A DNA stretch of 64,000 bases from a virus. This document shows positions 39,010 to 48,334 of the stretch, one piece after another. The notes under the pieces were generated by a model. The model worked only from the letters and a program-made list of their open reading frames with translations. It made no database searches and was not told the origin of the DNA. The stretch is taken from positions 6,420-70,419 of IMG/VR virus record IMGVR_UViG_3300027791_002264; one strand, given 5' to 3'. Both the position numbers and the translations under genes were made by a program. Each line of letters opens with the position of its first letter. Positions within the stretch are counted from its first letter, which is position 1.

Positions 39010-39290
39010 TGAAAAATTTAAAAACATTAAAAGAATCTTTAGAATTAGCTACACAAGTGCCTGCTAAAACTATTGCTATAACAGAAGGAACTGATATAGG
39101 TTCATGGAACCAAGGTGGGCTTAAAGGTAATGAAAATGTTCAGGTAACTACTTTCGTTGGTCCTAAGGACATTGAGGATTTTGGTCTAGGTAGAAAATGT
39201 ATGCAAATAACTGTAGGCAGAAGTTATGTATCATTAAATCCTGCTGACATCACAGAATTAAAAGATCTTCTTAAATCTTATAAAGTTTAA
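39009..39290 (+). CDS. Putative capsid-internal protein
   Basis: MKNLKTLKESLE...ITEG. Confidence 0.6.
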   Translation: MKNLKTLKESLELATQVPAKTIAITEGTDIGSWNQGGLKGNENVQVTTFVGPKDIEDFGLGRKCMQITVGRSYVSLNPADITELKDLLKSYKV

Positions 39291-39628
39291 TGGGTTGCGG
39301 TTGTAGTAACTGTAAATGTGGAAAAGAAAGCCACGAGGAACTCATTAAAGAAATAGAGGATCAAACAAAACCTTTTACTGAAGAAGTTTATTCTAGTAAT
39401 ACTGTGCTTAGGCATTTTGATCCTACTGCATCTACTCATTTATTTAAATGGCATGCCGATGATGAAGATCGTTGGATAGAATCATTAAATGAAAACGATT
39501 GGGAATTTCAATTTGATAATGAATTGCCTATATCTATAGAGCCAGGAAAGATTATTCAAATTCCTACAGGCATAATACATCGCTTAATTAAAGGTACTTC
39601 AGAATTAAGCATGTCAATTAAATCTTAA
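39290..39628 (+). CDS. Cupin-like protein with Cys-rich N-terminus
   Basis: WH.D.EDR, W.FQFDNELP, HRLIKG. Confidence 0.7.
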   Translation: MGCGCSNCKCGKESHEELIKEIEDQTKPFTEEVYSSNTVLRHFDPTASTHLFKWHADDEDRWIESLNENDWEFQFDNELPISIEPGKIIQIPTGIIHRLIKGTSELSMSIKS

Positions 39629-39728
39629 CTTAAACCATTTTTTATTTTTCAGTATAATTAATATACATTAATAACCTCTTTCAGAAAAGGGTATTCTTTG
39701 TTATATTTAAATTATACTAAATAAAATT

Positions 39729-41753
39729 ATGGGAGAAATTTATCCAGAAGAAGAAGCACAACAAAGAAAACCAAGATATAAAAAGACAACTTTAATATTA
39801 GATACTTATGGTACTAATCTAAGTAAGTCGGCTATAGAGGGTAAGCTTGATCCAGTTATTGGACGAACTGATGAAATCCTAAGAGTGATTCAAATTCTAG
39901 GAAGGCGAAGAAAAAATAATCCTGTTTTAGTAGGCGAACCTGGTGTAGGTAAAACTGCAATAGTCGAAGGTTTAGCACTAAAAATGGTAGAGGGTAATGT
40001 TCCCATATCATTACAAGGAAAAGTCATATATACTTTAGAGTTATCAACTATCGTTGCAGGTACAAAATACCGAGGTCAATTTGAGGAAAGAATGAAAAGT
40101 ATAGTTGATGAATTAATACTCAATCCACATATTATTATTTTTATTGATGAATTACATACCTTAGTAGGGGCAGGTGGTTCAACAGGATCATTAGATGCTT
40201 CTAATATTATTAAGCCTGCTTTAGCAAGAGGAGAAATTAGATGTATAGGTGCAACAACGTTTGATGAATTTAGAGAAAACATTGAAGAAGATGGTGCTTT
40301 AGATAGAAGATTTCAAAAAGTAGTAGTAGATCCACCATCGTTAGAAGAAACCATTGAAATACTTTCTAATATTAGACATAAGTATGAAGAGCATCATGGA
40401 GTATCATATTCAGATGATGTAATTAATCTTATTGTTAAATTAGCAGACCGTTATGTTATGGATCGTTTCTTTCCAGATAAAGCAGTTGATATTTTAGACG
40501 AGGTAGGATCTTACAAACATTTAACTAATATGAAGATTCCTCAAAAGATTAAAGCTTTAGAAGAAAAGTTAGTTGAAAAAGAAAATGCTAAAAGAAAGGC
40601 AGTATCAAGGCAATTATATGAAGTAGCTGCGAGAGAAAGAGATATGTGTTTAAATCTTAAAGAAAAAATTAAAACTGATCTTGCTGTATGGAAAACTGAA
40701 ATGGCAGTTAATCAACTAGAAATATCTGAAGATGATGTATTAAAGGTTGTATCAAAAGCAACAGGTGTTCCAATAGAAAAAATATCTGATAAAGAAAATA
40801 AAAATTTACTAGGTCTTAATAAACATTTATCATCTAAGGTTATAGGGCAAGAAGAAGCTGTTAATAAAATAGCAGTAACAGTACAAAGAAACCGAGTAGG
40901 TATTAGAAAAAGAAACCGAACAATGGGTAACTTTATATTCTTAGGACCAACTGGTGTAGGTAAAACTCAATTAGCTAAAGAATTAACAGAATATTTATTT
41001 AATAGTGAAGATAATCTAATAAGAGTTGATATGTCTGAATACATGGAATCTCATTCTACTTCAAAATTAATTGGAGCCCCTCCAGGATATGTAGGTTTTG
41101 AAGGTGGGGGTTTTTTAACAGAGCAGGTGAAAAGAAAACCACACTCTGTTATATTATTTGATGAAGTAGAGAAAGCTCATCCAGATGTATTTAATGTACT
41201 TCTACAGATGTTAGATGATGGGCAGTTAACTGATTCATTAGGCAGGACTGTTGATTTTAGAAATTGTTTAGTAATACTTACATCAAACACAGGGTCTAGA
41301 AAATTAGAAGATTTTGGACAAGGCATTGGTTTTGAAAGCTCTACTAAAATGGTTAATCAAGTTGAAGAAGAAAAATCTATGTTAAGAAAGGCTCTTAAAA
41401 ATAAATTCTCACCAGAGTTTTTAAATAGAATTGATGAAATAGTAGTATTTAACAGATTAACAGAAGATAATGTAATGGAAATTTTAACTAAGGAATGTAA
41501 AGAACTTGCATTAAACTTAACAGAGGTTGGTAATTATATTTTTAAAATATCTAAAGGTGCTAAAACAATAATTTTAAATCAAGGTTATGATCCTAAGTTT
41601 GGGGCAAGACCATTACGTAGAACTGTTGAGAGATTAATTGAAAACAAAGTATCTGAATTAATTCTTAAAGGTGAATTAAAAGAAGGCGGTACTATTAATG
41701 TTAAAAGTACAAAAGGTGAATTAATAATTGATATAACAAATATAAAAGAATAA
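39729..41753 (+). CDS. clpC: ClpC-type AAA+ unfoldase lacking the N-terminal domain
   Basis: LDPVIGR, GEPGVGKT, GPTGVGKT, DMSEYME, GAPPGYVG, UVR-like middle domain, IGF loop. Confidence 0.9.
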   Translation: MGEIYPEEEAQQRKPRYKKTTLILDTYGTNLSKSAIEGKLDPVIGRTDEILRVIQILGRRRKNNPVLVGEPGVGKTAIVEGLALKMVEGNVPISLQGKVIYTLELSTIVAGTKYRGQFEERMKSIVDELILNPHIIIFIDELHTLVGAGGSTGSLDASNIIKPALARGEIRCIGATTFDEFRENIEEDGALDRRFQKVVVDPPSLEETIEILSNIRHKYEEHHGVSYSDDVINLIVKLADRYVMDRFFPDKAVDILDEVGSYKHLTNMKIPQKIKALEEKLVEKENAKRKAVSRQLYEVAARERDMCLNLKEKIKTDLAVWKTEMAVNQLEISEDDVLKVVSKATGVPIEKISDKENKNLLGLNKHLSSKVIGQEEAVNKIAVTVQRNRVGIRKRNRTMGNFIFLGPTGVGKTQLAKELTEYLFNSEDNLIRVDMSEYMESHSTSKLIGAPPGYVGFEGGGFLTEQVKRKPHSVILFDEVEKAHPDVFNVLLQMLDDGQLTDSLGRTVDFRNCLVILTSNTGSRKLEDFGQGIGFESSTKMVNQVEEEKSMLRKALKNKFSPEFLNRIDEIVVFNRLTEDNVMEILTKECKELALNLTEVGNYIFKISKGAKTIILNQGYDPKFGARPLRRTVERLIENKVSELILKGELKEGGTINVKSTKGELIIDITNIKE

Positions 41754-42421
41754 TGAATTACGGAAAAGAATTTGAAAAATATGCAATGAGTGATCATGGT
41801 CTTAGCTCATCAAACATGCATTATGCTAAACAACAATTAGAAAACTCAATGACTCCTTATATTTTAGAGGAAAGACCAATGAGAGCAACACAAATGGATA
41901 TATTTTCAAGATTAATGATGGATAGGTTACTTTGGGTAGCTGGGCCAGTTAATGATAATATGTCAACAATTGTGCAAGCTCAATTAATGTTTTTAGATAA
42001 TGTAGAAAAGAAAGATATTACAATGCATATTGATTCCCCAGGAGGTTCAGTAAAATCAGGACTTTCTATGGTAGATGTAATGGATTATATTAAATCTGAT
42101 ATCAGAACTGTTAATACAGGAATGGCTGCATCTATGGGATCTGTGTTATTAGGAGCAGGAACTAAAGGTAAAAGAAGTTCATTAAAACATTCAACTACAA
42201 TGTTACATCAATCATCAGGTGGTTTTAGTGGAAATATACAAGATGCTGAAATTGATTGGCAACAATGGCAAAATGTAAATAAAGAATTATTTGTATTGTT
42301 AGGTAAGTATTGTGGTAAAAAACCAGAAAAAGTAGCAAAAGATGCAACTAGAGATTTTTGGTTAAATGCAGAAGAAGCCTTAAAGTACGGAATTATTGAT
42401 GAGATTATTGGGGCTAAATAA
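41753..42421 (+). CDS. clpP: ATP-dependent Clp protease proteolytic subunit
   Basis: IDSPGGSV, AASMGS, MLHQ, RDFWL..EEA..YG.ID. Confidence 0.96.
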   Translation: MNYGKEFEKYAMSDHGLSSSNMHYAKQQLENSMTPYILEERPMRATQMDIFSRLMMDRLLWVAGPVNDNMSTIVQAQLMFLDNVEKKDITMHIDSPGGSVKSGLSMVDVMDYIKSDIRTVNTGMAASMGSVLLGAGTKGKRSSLKHSTTMLHQSSGGFSGNIQDAEIDWQQWQNVNKELFVLLGKYCGKKPEKVAKDATRDFWLNAEEALKYGIIDEIIGAK

Positions 42422-42430
42422 ATAATAAAA

Positions 42431-43318
42431 TTGATTATGAAAATTTGCAAATTCATTACATCTGTAAACAGACCTGAATATTTAATACCAACATTAACTT
42501 CAGCTACTAAATTTATTGATTGGGGAGATCATGAAGTTGATGGTATTTTTATTGACGATATGCCTACTGATAGAAATGATAACGAAATAACTAAACTCGC
42601 AAGAGAAAATGGTTATAATCATATAGTTTTACATAAAGAAAATAAAGGTCTTTCATATACATGGGAAGAGGTTCATAAGATTATTCAATCAATGGGTAAA
42701 GATTATGATTTTATATGGCAACAAGAAGATGATATTATAATAGACAAGCATGTTAAAATAGATGATATGATTGAATATTTAAATACTAATGATACATGCT
42801 ATCAAGTACAATTAGGAAGGCAAGCTGATTGGTATTATCCTGATCAAAAAGACAGGCAAAAGAAAGAAGATGTCTTAATGAAAAATTGGAAAAATTTTAC
42901 AGTAAGTACATATTTATCACATGCATTTTCTGGATCTTATTCATTAACCAAAGCAAAAGAATTGTTTGAAGCAATGCACATGTGGAAGAATGGCGAACTA
43001 AGACCATTAAATGATAATGGACCTTATACATTCTGTGAAGGTTATTTATACCAAACTATGACATCTTATGCATTACATAAAAATAATCATGATCATTGGG
43101 GTTTTAGTTTTTATGATAATAATAAAGATATAATTACAAAACATATTGGTGAATGGACTTGGGGTGCAAGGGTTTCGAAAGAATATGTTGAAAATTCATT
43201 AAGTCAATTAGATGGTGAAACTGATGGTATGAAATGGAGAATAGAAAGAATTAAAGAAATGATTGAAAACCCAACAGTTAAGATAGATTCTCGCGGTTGG
43301 GGTAAACTTAATAACTAA
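42431..43318 (+). CDS. GT-A (GT2-like) glycosyltransferase
   Basis: NRPEYL, IDD, NKGL, WQQEDD, HIG. Confidence 0.7.
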   Translation: MIMKICKFITSVNRPEYLIPTLTSATKFIDWGDHEVDGIFIDDMPTDRNDNEITKLARENGYNHIVLHKENKGLSYTWEEVHKIIQSMGKDYDFIWQQEDDIIIDKHVKIDDMIEYLNTNDTCYQVQLGRQADWYYPDQKDRQKKEDVLMKNWKNFTVSTYLSHAFSGSYSLTKAKELFEAMHMWKNGELRPLNDNGPYTFCEGYLYQTMTSYALHKNNHDHWGFSFYDNNKDIITKHIGEWTWGARVSKEYVENSLSQLDGETDGMKWRIERIKEMIENPTVKIDSRGWGKLNN

Positions 43319-43329
43319 TAAAATACTAT

Positions 43330-43512
43330 ATGAAAATATTAATTTGGATTAAAAGAGAAGAAGCCGTTACTGGATCTATAACTAAATATTATACATACTT
43401 ACCGTTTAATGAAAGTTATCAAGAATGGGTACAAGTAGAAATAACACAAGATGAATTTACACAATTGGAGGATGATGCTGCTATGAAAGAAAGATTAATG
43501 CAAGAAAGATAA
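43330..43512 (+). CDS. Hypothetical protein
   Basis: 60-aa coupled ORF. Confidence 0.6.
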   Translation: MKILIWIKREEAVTGSITKYYTYLPFNESYQEWVQVEITQDEFTQLEDDAAMKERLMQER

Positions 43513-43916
43513 TGGAATCTATAGGAATCATAGCAGGAAATTTTGATATACTTCATCCAGGTTATATTAAAATGTTTAATGAAATGAATACTTTTGTAGA
43601 AAAGATACATGTATTATTACACATTGATCCTAGTTTGGATAGACCAGAAAAAATAAAGCCAATATTAAGTGTTTTAGATAGAACAGAAATGCTATTAGCA
43701 TTAAAAGGTGTTTATAAGGTTTCTACTTATAATAATGAAAATGATTTAAATAAATTAATACTAAAAGTAAATCCTAATATTAGATTTTTAGGTGATGATT
43801 ATATTAATAGAACCGATTACACTGGTTATTCATTACCTCCAAAAATTATATTCTTAAATAGAGATCATGGCTGGAGTACTACTAAATTTAAACAAATGAT
43901 TAAAGCAACCATATAA
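43512..43916 (+). CDS. Cytidylyltransferase-family (TagD/RfaE-like) nucleotidyltransferase
   Basis: GNFDILHPGY, KP, GDDY, STT. Confidence 0.85.
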   Translation: MESIGIIAGNFDILHPGYIKMFNEMNTFVEKIHVLLHIDPSLDRPEKIKPILSVLDRTEMLLALKGVYKVSTYNNENDLNKLILKVNPNIRFLGDDYINRTDYTGYSLPPKIIFLNRDHGWSTTKFKQMIKATI

Positions 43917-43925
43917 ATATTATAT

Positions 43926-44249
43926 ATGAATAAAGAAAATAGAATAAAATTAGCAGATAAAATATCATTTAGATTATTAGCTACCCGTGAGCACGAAGAT
44001 CATTCTTGGTTAGTTAATATTTTAAAAGTAAAAAAGGAAAAGACTACAGGATCTATAAAAAGATTTTTTAAGTTTTTCTTAATTTGGTATAGTCAACAAA
44101 TGGCAATACCTTTTTGGATTATCGGTCATGTACATTTACATTTTAATACTTGGCATGATCTTTATGAATACGGATTATCAATATTTTTACATTTAATGGT
44201 AGGTGTTGGTTTTTGGATAGATTGGAAGCAAAGTAATAAAAAGCAATAA
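43926..44249 (+). CDS. Membrane hypothetical protein
   Basis: His-rich TM segments. Confidence 0.6.
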   Translation: MNKENRIKLADKISFRLLATREHEDHSWLVNILKVKKEKTTGSIKRFFKFFLIWYSQQMAIPFWIIGHVHLHFNTWHDLYEYGLSIFLHLMVGVGFWIDWKQSNKKQ

Positions 44250-44250
44250 T

Positions 44251-45330
44251 ATGAGAATACATATACTAGGAGTACCAAGAAATGCATCAACCCCAGAAAT
44301 AGCAATGGATCCTTATGCAATGGTAAGTTATTATTTAACTACATTTTTACATAGGAATAAACATGAGGTTCATTATTATGGATTTAAAGAGTCAACAGTA
44401 GAATGCACCAAAAAATGGGTATGTGGTGATATTAATCATCATAAGAAATATAATGTAACAGAATTTGAAAAGACTCATTGGTTTGAAAGCCATGTAGGTA
44501 ATGAAATAATGTTTCAAAAAGCAACAGATTATATTTTAAAAAATTATAAAAGTGGTGATGTTATTATATCATTATGGTCTCCTCAGATTGATTTTCTTGT
44601 TTTAGGTTTTAAAGGTACAGGAATAAATCCTTTAATAGTAGATGGTCATATTGGCCATCAGCATCCAAATAAAAATACAGCTTATCATGTTTTTGCATCT
44701 CATGCTAATAGGCATTACTGTTACGGTAAACATGAGGGTGGTAGTATAAATAGAGATAATTATTGGCATGATGCTGCAATTGCACCAATAGCTAATACTG
44801 TAGATAATTTTAAGTATACAGAAAAGAAAAAAGATTATTTCTTATTTATGGCCAGATTATCAGAAGGTAAAGGTTTAGGTATATTTTTACAATTGGCTGC
44901 TCATTTTCCTAAAAAGAAATTTATATTAGCTGGTCAAGGTGAATATAATTATGAATTACCACCTAATGTTGAATTTGTTGGTTTATTAAATCCAAAGGAA
45001 CGAAAGAAATATTTAGCAAATGCTAAAGCTGTAATTTCTCCATCACATTATCCTGAGCCATTTGGTTTAACAGCAGTTGAGGCAGGTTTATCAGGAACTC
45101 CTATAATTTCAACAGATCATGGAGGTTATACTGAAACGGTAGTAACTGATTATAATGGATTTAGGTGTTCTTATTTTAATGATTTTGTAATGGCTATTAA
45201 TAATATTGATACTATAAAACCTGAAGATTGTAGAAAACACGCAGAAAAGTTTTCAGCTGAGTCTTTAATAAAAGAATGGGAAACGTATTTACATAGAATT
45301 AACAGAAGTGGATTTTATACATTAGATTAA
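44251..45330 (+). CDS. GT4 glycosyltransferase
   Basis: ARLSEGKG, EPFGLTAVEA...GTPII. Confidence 0.9.
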   Translation: MRIHILGVPRNASTPEIAMDPYAMVSYYLTTFLHRNKHEVHYYGFKESTVECTKKWVCGDINHHKKYNVTEFEKTHWFESHVGNEIMFQKATDYILKNYKSGDVIISLWSPQIDFLVLGFKGTGINPLIVDGHIGHQHPNKNTAYHVFASHANRHYCYGKHEGGSINRDNYWHDAAIAPIANTVDNFKYTEKKKDYFLFMARLSEGKGLGIFLQLAAHFPKKKFILAGQGEYNYELPPNVEFVGLLNPKERKKYLANAKAVISPSHYPEPFGLTAVEAGLSGTPIISTDHGGYTETVVTDYNGFRCSYFNDFVMAINNIDTIKPEDCRKHAEKFSAESLIKEWETYLHRINRSGFYTLD

Positions 45331-45335
45331 AAGAT

Positions 45336-46505
45336 ATGGATTTAAGAATAACAAAAATATTAGAAAAAGAAAAGATTAGACAATCAGATACAATTGAACT
45401 GATAGCAAGTGAAAATTTTGCAAGTGAAGATGTAATGGAGTTAGCAGGATCTATATTAACCAATAAGTACGCAGAAGGGTATCCAGGTAAGAGATATTAT
45501 AATGGCTGTGAGCATATGGATGAAATAGAAACTCTTGCAATAGAACAGCTGAAGGAATTATATAATGCCAACTTTGCTAATGTTCAGCCTCATTGTGGAG
45601 CAAATGCTAATACGGCAGTCTACCAAGCATTCCTAAAACCTGGAGATAAAATACTTGGAATGGATTTAGCAAGCGGTGGTCATTTATCACATGGTAGTAA
45701 ACCTAATATATCTGGTAAAGTTTATGATGCGTATTCTTATGGGGTAGATGAAAATGGATTGTTAGATTATAATGAAATAAGAAAGATAGCAATTAAGGTA
45801 CAACCTAAGATGATTGTAGCAGGAGCAAGTGCTTATCCAAGAATCATAAATTGGAAAGAATTCAGAGATATAGCAGATAGTGTAGGAGCATTACTGTTAG
45901 TAGACATGGCACATTATTCAGGATTGATAGCAGGAAATACGTACCCTTCACCAATACCTTATGCAGATGTAGTTACATCTACAACACATAAAACTCTAAG
46001 AGGACCTAGAGGAGGTATTATATTATGGAACAATTCAGATTACACTAAGCGTATAAATAGTTCTATTTTCCCAGGTACACAAGGAGGCCCTTTAATGCAT
46101 ATCATAGCAGCAAAGGCTCAATGTTTTATTGAAGCAAATACAGATGAGTTTAAAGAATATACTCGCAATGTAATAGAAAATGCTAAAGCAATGTGTGATG
46201 TATTCGTAAAGAATGGAGTTTCAGTACAAACTGATGGAACTGATAGTCATATAATATTAATGGATTTATCAAATAGTCAACATAGCGGTAGGGAGTTTGC
46301 AGATATATTAGAAGACAATGGAATCACTGTTAATAAAAATGGTATACCTAATGACCCTCGTAGTTTTATAGAAACAAGTGGAATCCGTATAGGAACAGCG
46401 GCAGAAACTACTCGAGGTAGAGATAAGAAATGGTTTAAGGACCTTGCTCAAAAAATATGTATGTTTCTCCACTTATCTAAAATTGTCCATAAAAGACCAT
46501 TTTAA
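45336..46505 (+). CDS. glyA: Serine hydroxymethyltransferase
   Basis: LIASENF, NKYAEGYPGKRYY, GGHLSHG, TTHKTLRGPRGG, FPG.QGGP. Confidence 0.97.
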   Translation: MDLRITKILEKEKIRQSDTIELIASENFASEDVMELAGSILTNKYAEGYPGKRYYNGCEHMDEIETLAIEQLKELYNANFANVQPHCGANANTAVYQAFLKPGDKILGMDLASGGHLSHGSKPNISGKVYDAYSYGVDENGLLDYNEIRKIAIKVQPKMIVAGASAYPRIINWKEFRDIADSVGALLLVDMAHYSGLIAGNTYPSPIPYADVVTSTTHKTLRGPRGGIILWNNSDYTKRINSSIFPGTQGGPLMHIIAAKAQCFIEANTDEFKEYTRNVIENAKAMCDVFVKNGVSVQTDGTDSHIILMDLSNSQHSGREFADILEDNGITVNKNGIPNDPRSFIETSGIRIGTAAETTRGRDKKWFKDLAQKICMFLHLSKIVHKRPF

Positions 46506-46568
46506 AAATAATTAAATTTTCTTTCAGAACCTATCATAATTTGTTATAATTAAATTAAATACCGATAT

Positions 46569-47549
46569 ATGAACAAAGACACTCAATTAGGTTACTGCTG
46601 TATTAATTTAGAACTCCGACCAATTCCTATCACTGTTAATAGAACATGTAGGAAAGCAACATTTCAATCAGGTGGCATTGCACATGTAAGCAACCTTGCA
46701 TTACAAAACATGCGTGATCTTGTGGAGATTATTAAATGGAATGAAAAGAATGGATTTAAGGTTTACCGCATGTCTTCAAACATGATACCTTGGATGTCAG
46801 AATATCAACTAAAAGATTTACCAGATTACAAGAAGATATGTACTGTTCTAAAAGGTGCAGGCAATCTTGCTCTTAAGTATGGCCAAAGGTTAAGTTTTCA
46901 TCCAGGACCTTTTAATGTTTTAGGATCACCTAATCCTGTACTTGTAGAGAAAACTAAAAAAGAATTAAATCAATCGGCAGAGATAATGGATATTATGGGA
47001 TTACCACAATCTCAGAGATTTCCAATTAACATTCATTGTAATGGAGTCTATGGAGACAAGAAAGCTACTTTACAAAGATGGTCAGATAATTACAGAGACT
47101 TGTCAGTATCAGCAAGAAGTAGATTAGTTGTTGAGAATGATGATAAAGGTAGTATGTATTCTGTGAAAGATTTGTATTGGGGAATCTTTACAGAAGTAAA
47201 GGTACCTATTACTTTTGATTTTCATCACCATAGATTTAATGACGGTGGTTTATCTGAAGAGGATGCATTCGTTATGGCAAAAGAAACGTGGGAATATCAT
47301 AATGTAAAACCATTATTCCATTATTCATCATGCCGAAGAACATTCGAAGAACCAGGTTGTAAAGCACAGGCACATGCTGATTATGTTTACGAAACGATCA
47401 ATGATTATGGTCATGCGGTAGACATAGAAGTAGAAGCTAAGGCAAAAGAAAAAGCAATCCAAAAATATGTAAAAGATAAAGGTTCCTTACTAGAATCATA
47501 TTTACCTTTTGATGTACATATCGACAATCAATTAGTATTAGAAGTTTAA
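46569..47549 (+). CDS. uvsE: UV damage endonuclease
   Basis: LGYCCIN, YRMSS, RLSFHPG, ENDD, FDFHHH, HYS, AHAD, EAKAKE. Confidence 0.93.
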   Translation: MNKDTQLGYCCINLELRPIPITVNRTCRKATFQSGGIAHVSNLALQNMRDLVEIIKWNEKNGFKVYRMSSNMIPWMSEYQLKDLPDYKKICTVLKGAGNLALKYGQRLSFHPGPFNVLGSPNPVLVEKTKKELNQSAEIMDIMGLPQSQRFPINIHCNGVYGDKKATLQRWSDNYRDLSVSARSRLVVENDDKGSMYSVKDLYWGIFTEVKVPITFDFHHHRFNDGGLSEEDAFVMAKETWEYHNVKPLFHYSSCRRTFEEPGCKAQAHADYVYETINDYGHAVDIEVEAKAKEKAIQKYVKDKGSLLESYLPFDVHIDNQLVLEV

Positions 47550-47563
47550 TTAAAAACAATGTT

Positions 47564-47854
47564 ATGATTAAAATTATTAAAGAAAAACCAATTAAAAGCA
47601 CAACATCAGTTGAAGGTATATTAATACAAGTTACTGGTGGCCAATGGTATGGAATTACTAGATTTAGACCTGCAAGAAACCCTTGGTTAGGTAGAGGTAG
47701 TAAATCAACCACAACAGGAAGAATGGAATTTACAAGCGGTAGTGAAACATTTCAACAAGCTTATAAAGAAAAACCAACCTTTGAAGAATTAAAAGAAACT
47801 TTAATGTCTGTATTAAATGGAGCTGAGCCTGTTAAATATAAAATCCATTATTAA
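47564..47854 (+). CDS. Hypothetical protein
   Basis: 96-aa ORF. Confidence 0.65.
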   Translation: MIKIIKEKPIKSTTSVEGILIQVTGGQWYGITRFRPARNPWLGRGSKSTTTGRMEFTSGSETFQQAYKEKPTFEELKETLMSVLNGAEPVKYKIHY

Positions 47855-48018
47855 TGGGAACAATAATGGAAATGTTTGGCTGCCTATTTATTGTAGGTTT
47901 AAGTTTTGTTTTTCATTGTGTTGTTTGGGAAGATGATTGGGTTAAGAAGTGGTATTGGAAAGTATTAATAGGTGGCGGCATAATTGCAATATGCTTTGCA
48001 GCAGTATTAGGTTATTAA
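47854..48018 (+). CDS. Small two-TM protein (54 aa, not in ORF track)
   Basis: TAATG-coupled; MGTIMEMFGCLFIVG... Confidence 0.6.
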   Translation: MGTIMEMFGCLFIVGLSFVFHCVVWEDDWVKKWYWKVLIGGGIIAICFAAVLGY

Positions 48019-48047
48019 AAATGATTATACTATAATAATAAAAACAT

Positions 48048-48162
48048 GGAGGGTTAGCCAAGTGGTAACGGCGCTATACCTTTTAAGGATTGAAAAGCAA
48101 TGCTAGCTGCGCAAAGTAAATCTTAGGTATGGAAATCAGGGGTTCGATTCCCCTACCCACCA
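48048..48162 (+). ncRNA. tRNA-like RNA with ~40-nt insertion in the anticodon arm
   Basis: Acceptor GGAGGGT/ACCCACC-A (one mismatch), D-arm GCC..GGC, T-arm AGGGG-TTCGATT-CCCCT, 49 nt between the anticodon-stem strands. Confidence 0.8.
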
Positions 48163-48242
48163 GCTCTTAAATAGGTTAACACCGAACAACGAGGCGTCAA
48201 ATCTCACGCCTACAAACCGAAAGGTGGAGTTTAAGTGGAGTA

Positions 48243-48334
48243 TTGTTAATAACTTTTGAAAATAATTAGAAATTTATGGCCAGAATTGTTAAAAATTGAT
48301 TATATTTATATAATAATTAAAACAAACGGAAACT
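48243..48334 (+). promoter_or_regulatory. Early-type promoter/leader cassette (copy 1 of 6)
   Basis: TTGTTAATAAC + class A promoter + AAACGGAAA before ATG. Confidence 0.85.

Noticed and set aside
48097-48110. CTA in the tip of the tRNA-like insertion as an amber suppressor anticodon
   Set aside because: No U33, weak stem, and the arm is far too long for decoding.
48164-48240. Twister or pistol ribozyme (UAA-CACC...GGUG-GAG; UUAAAUAG)
   Set aside because: The conserved loop, pseudoknot and P1 pairings could not be formed.
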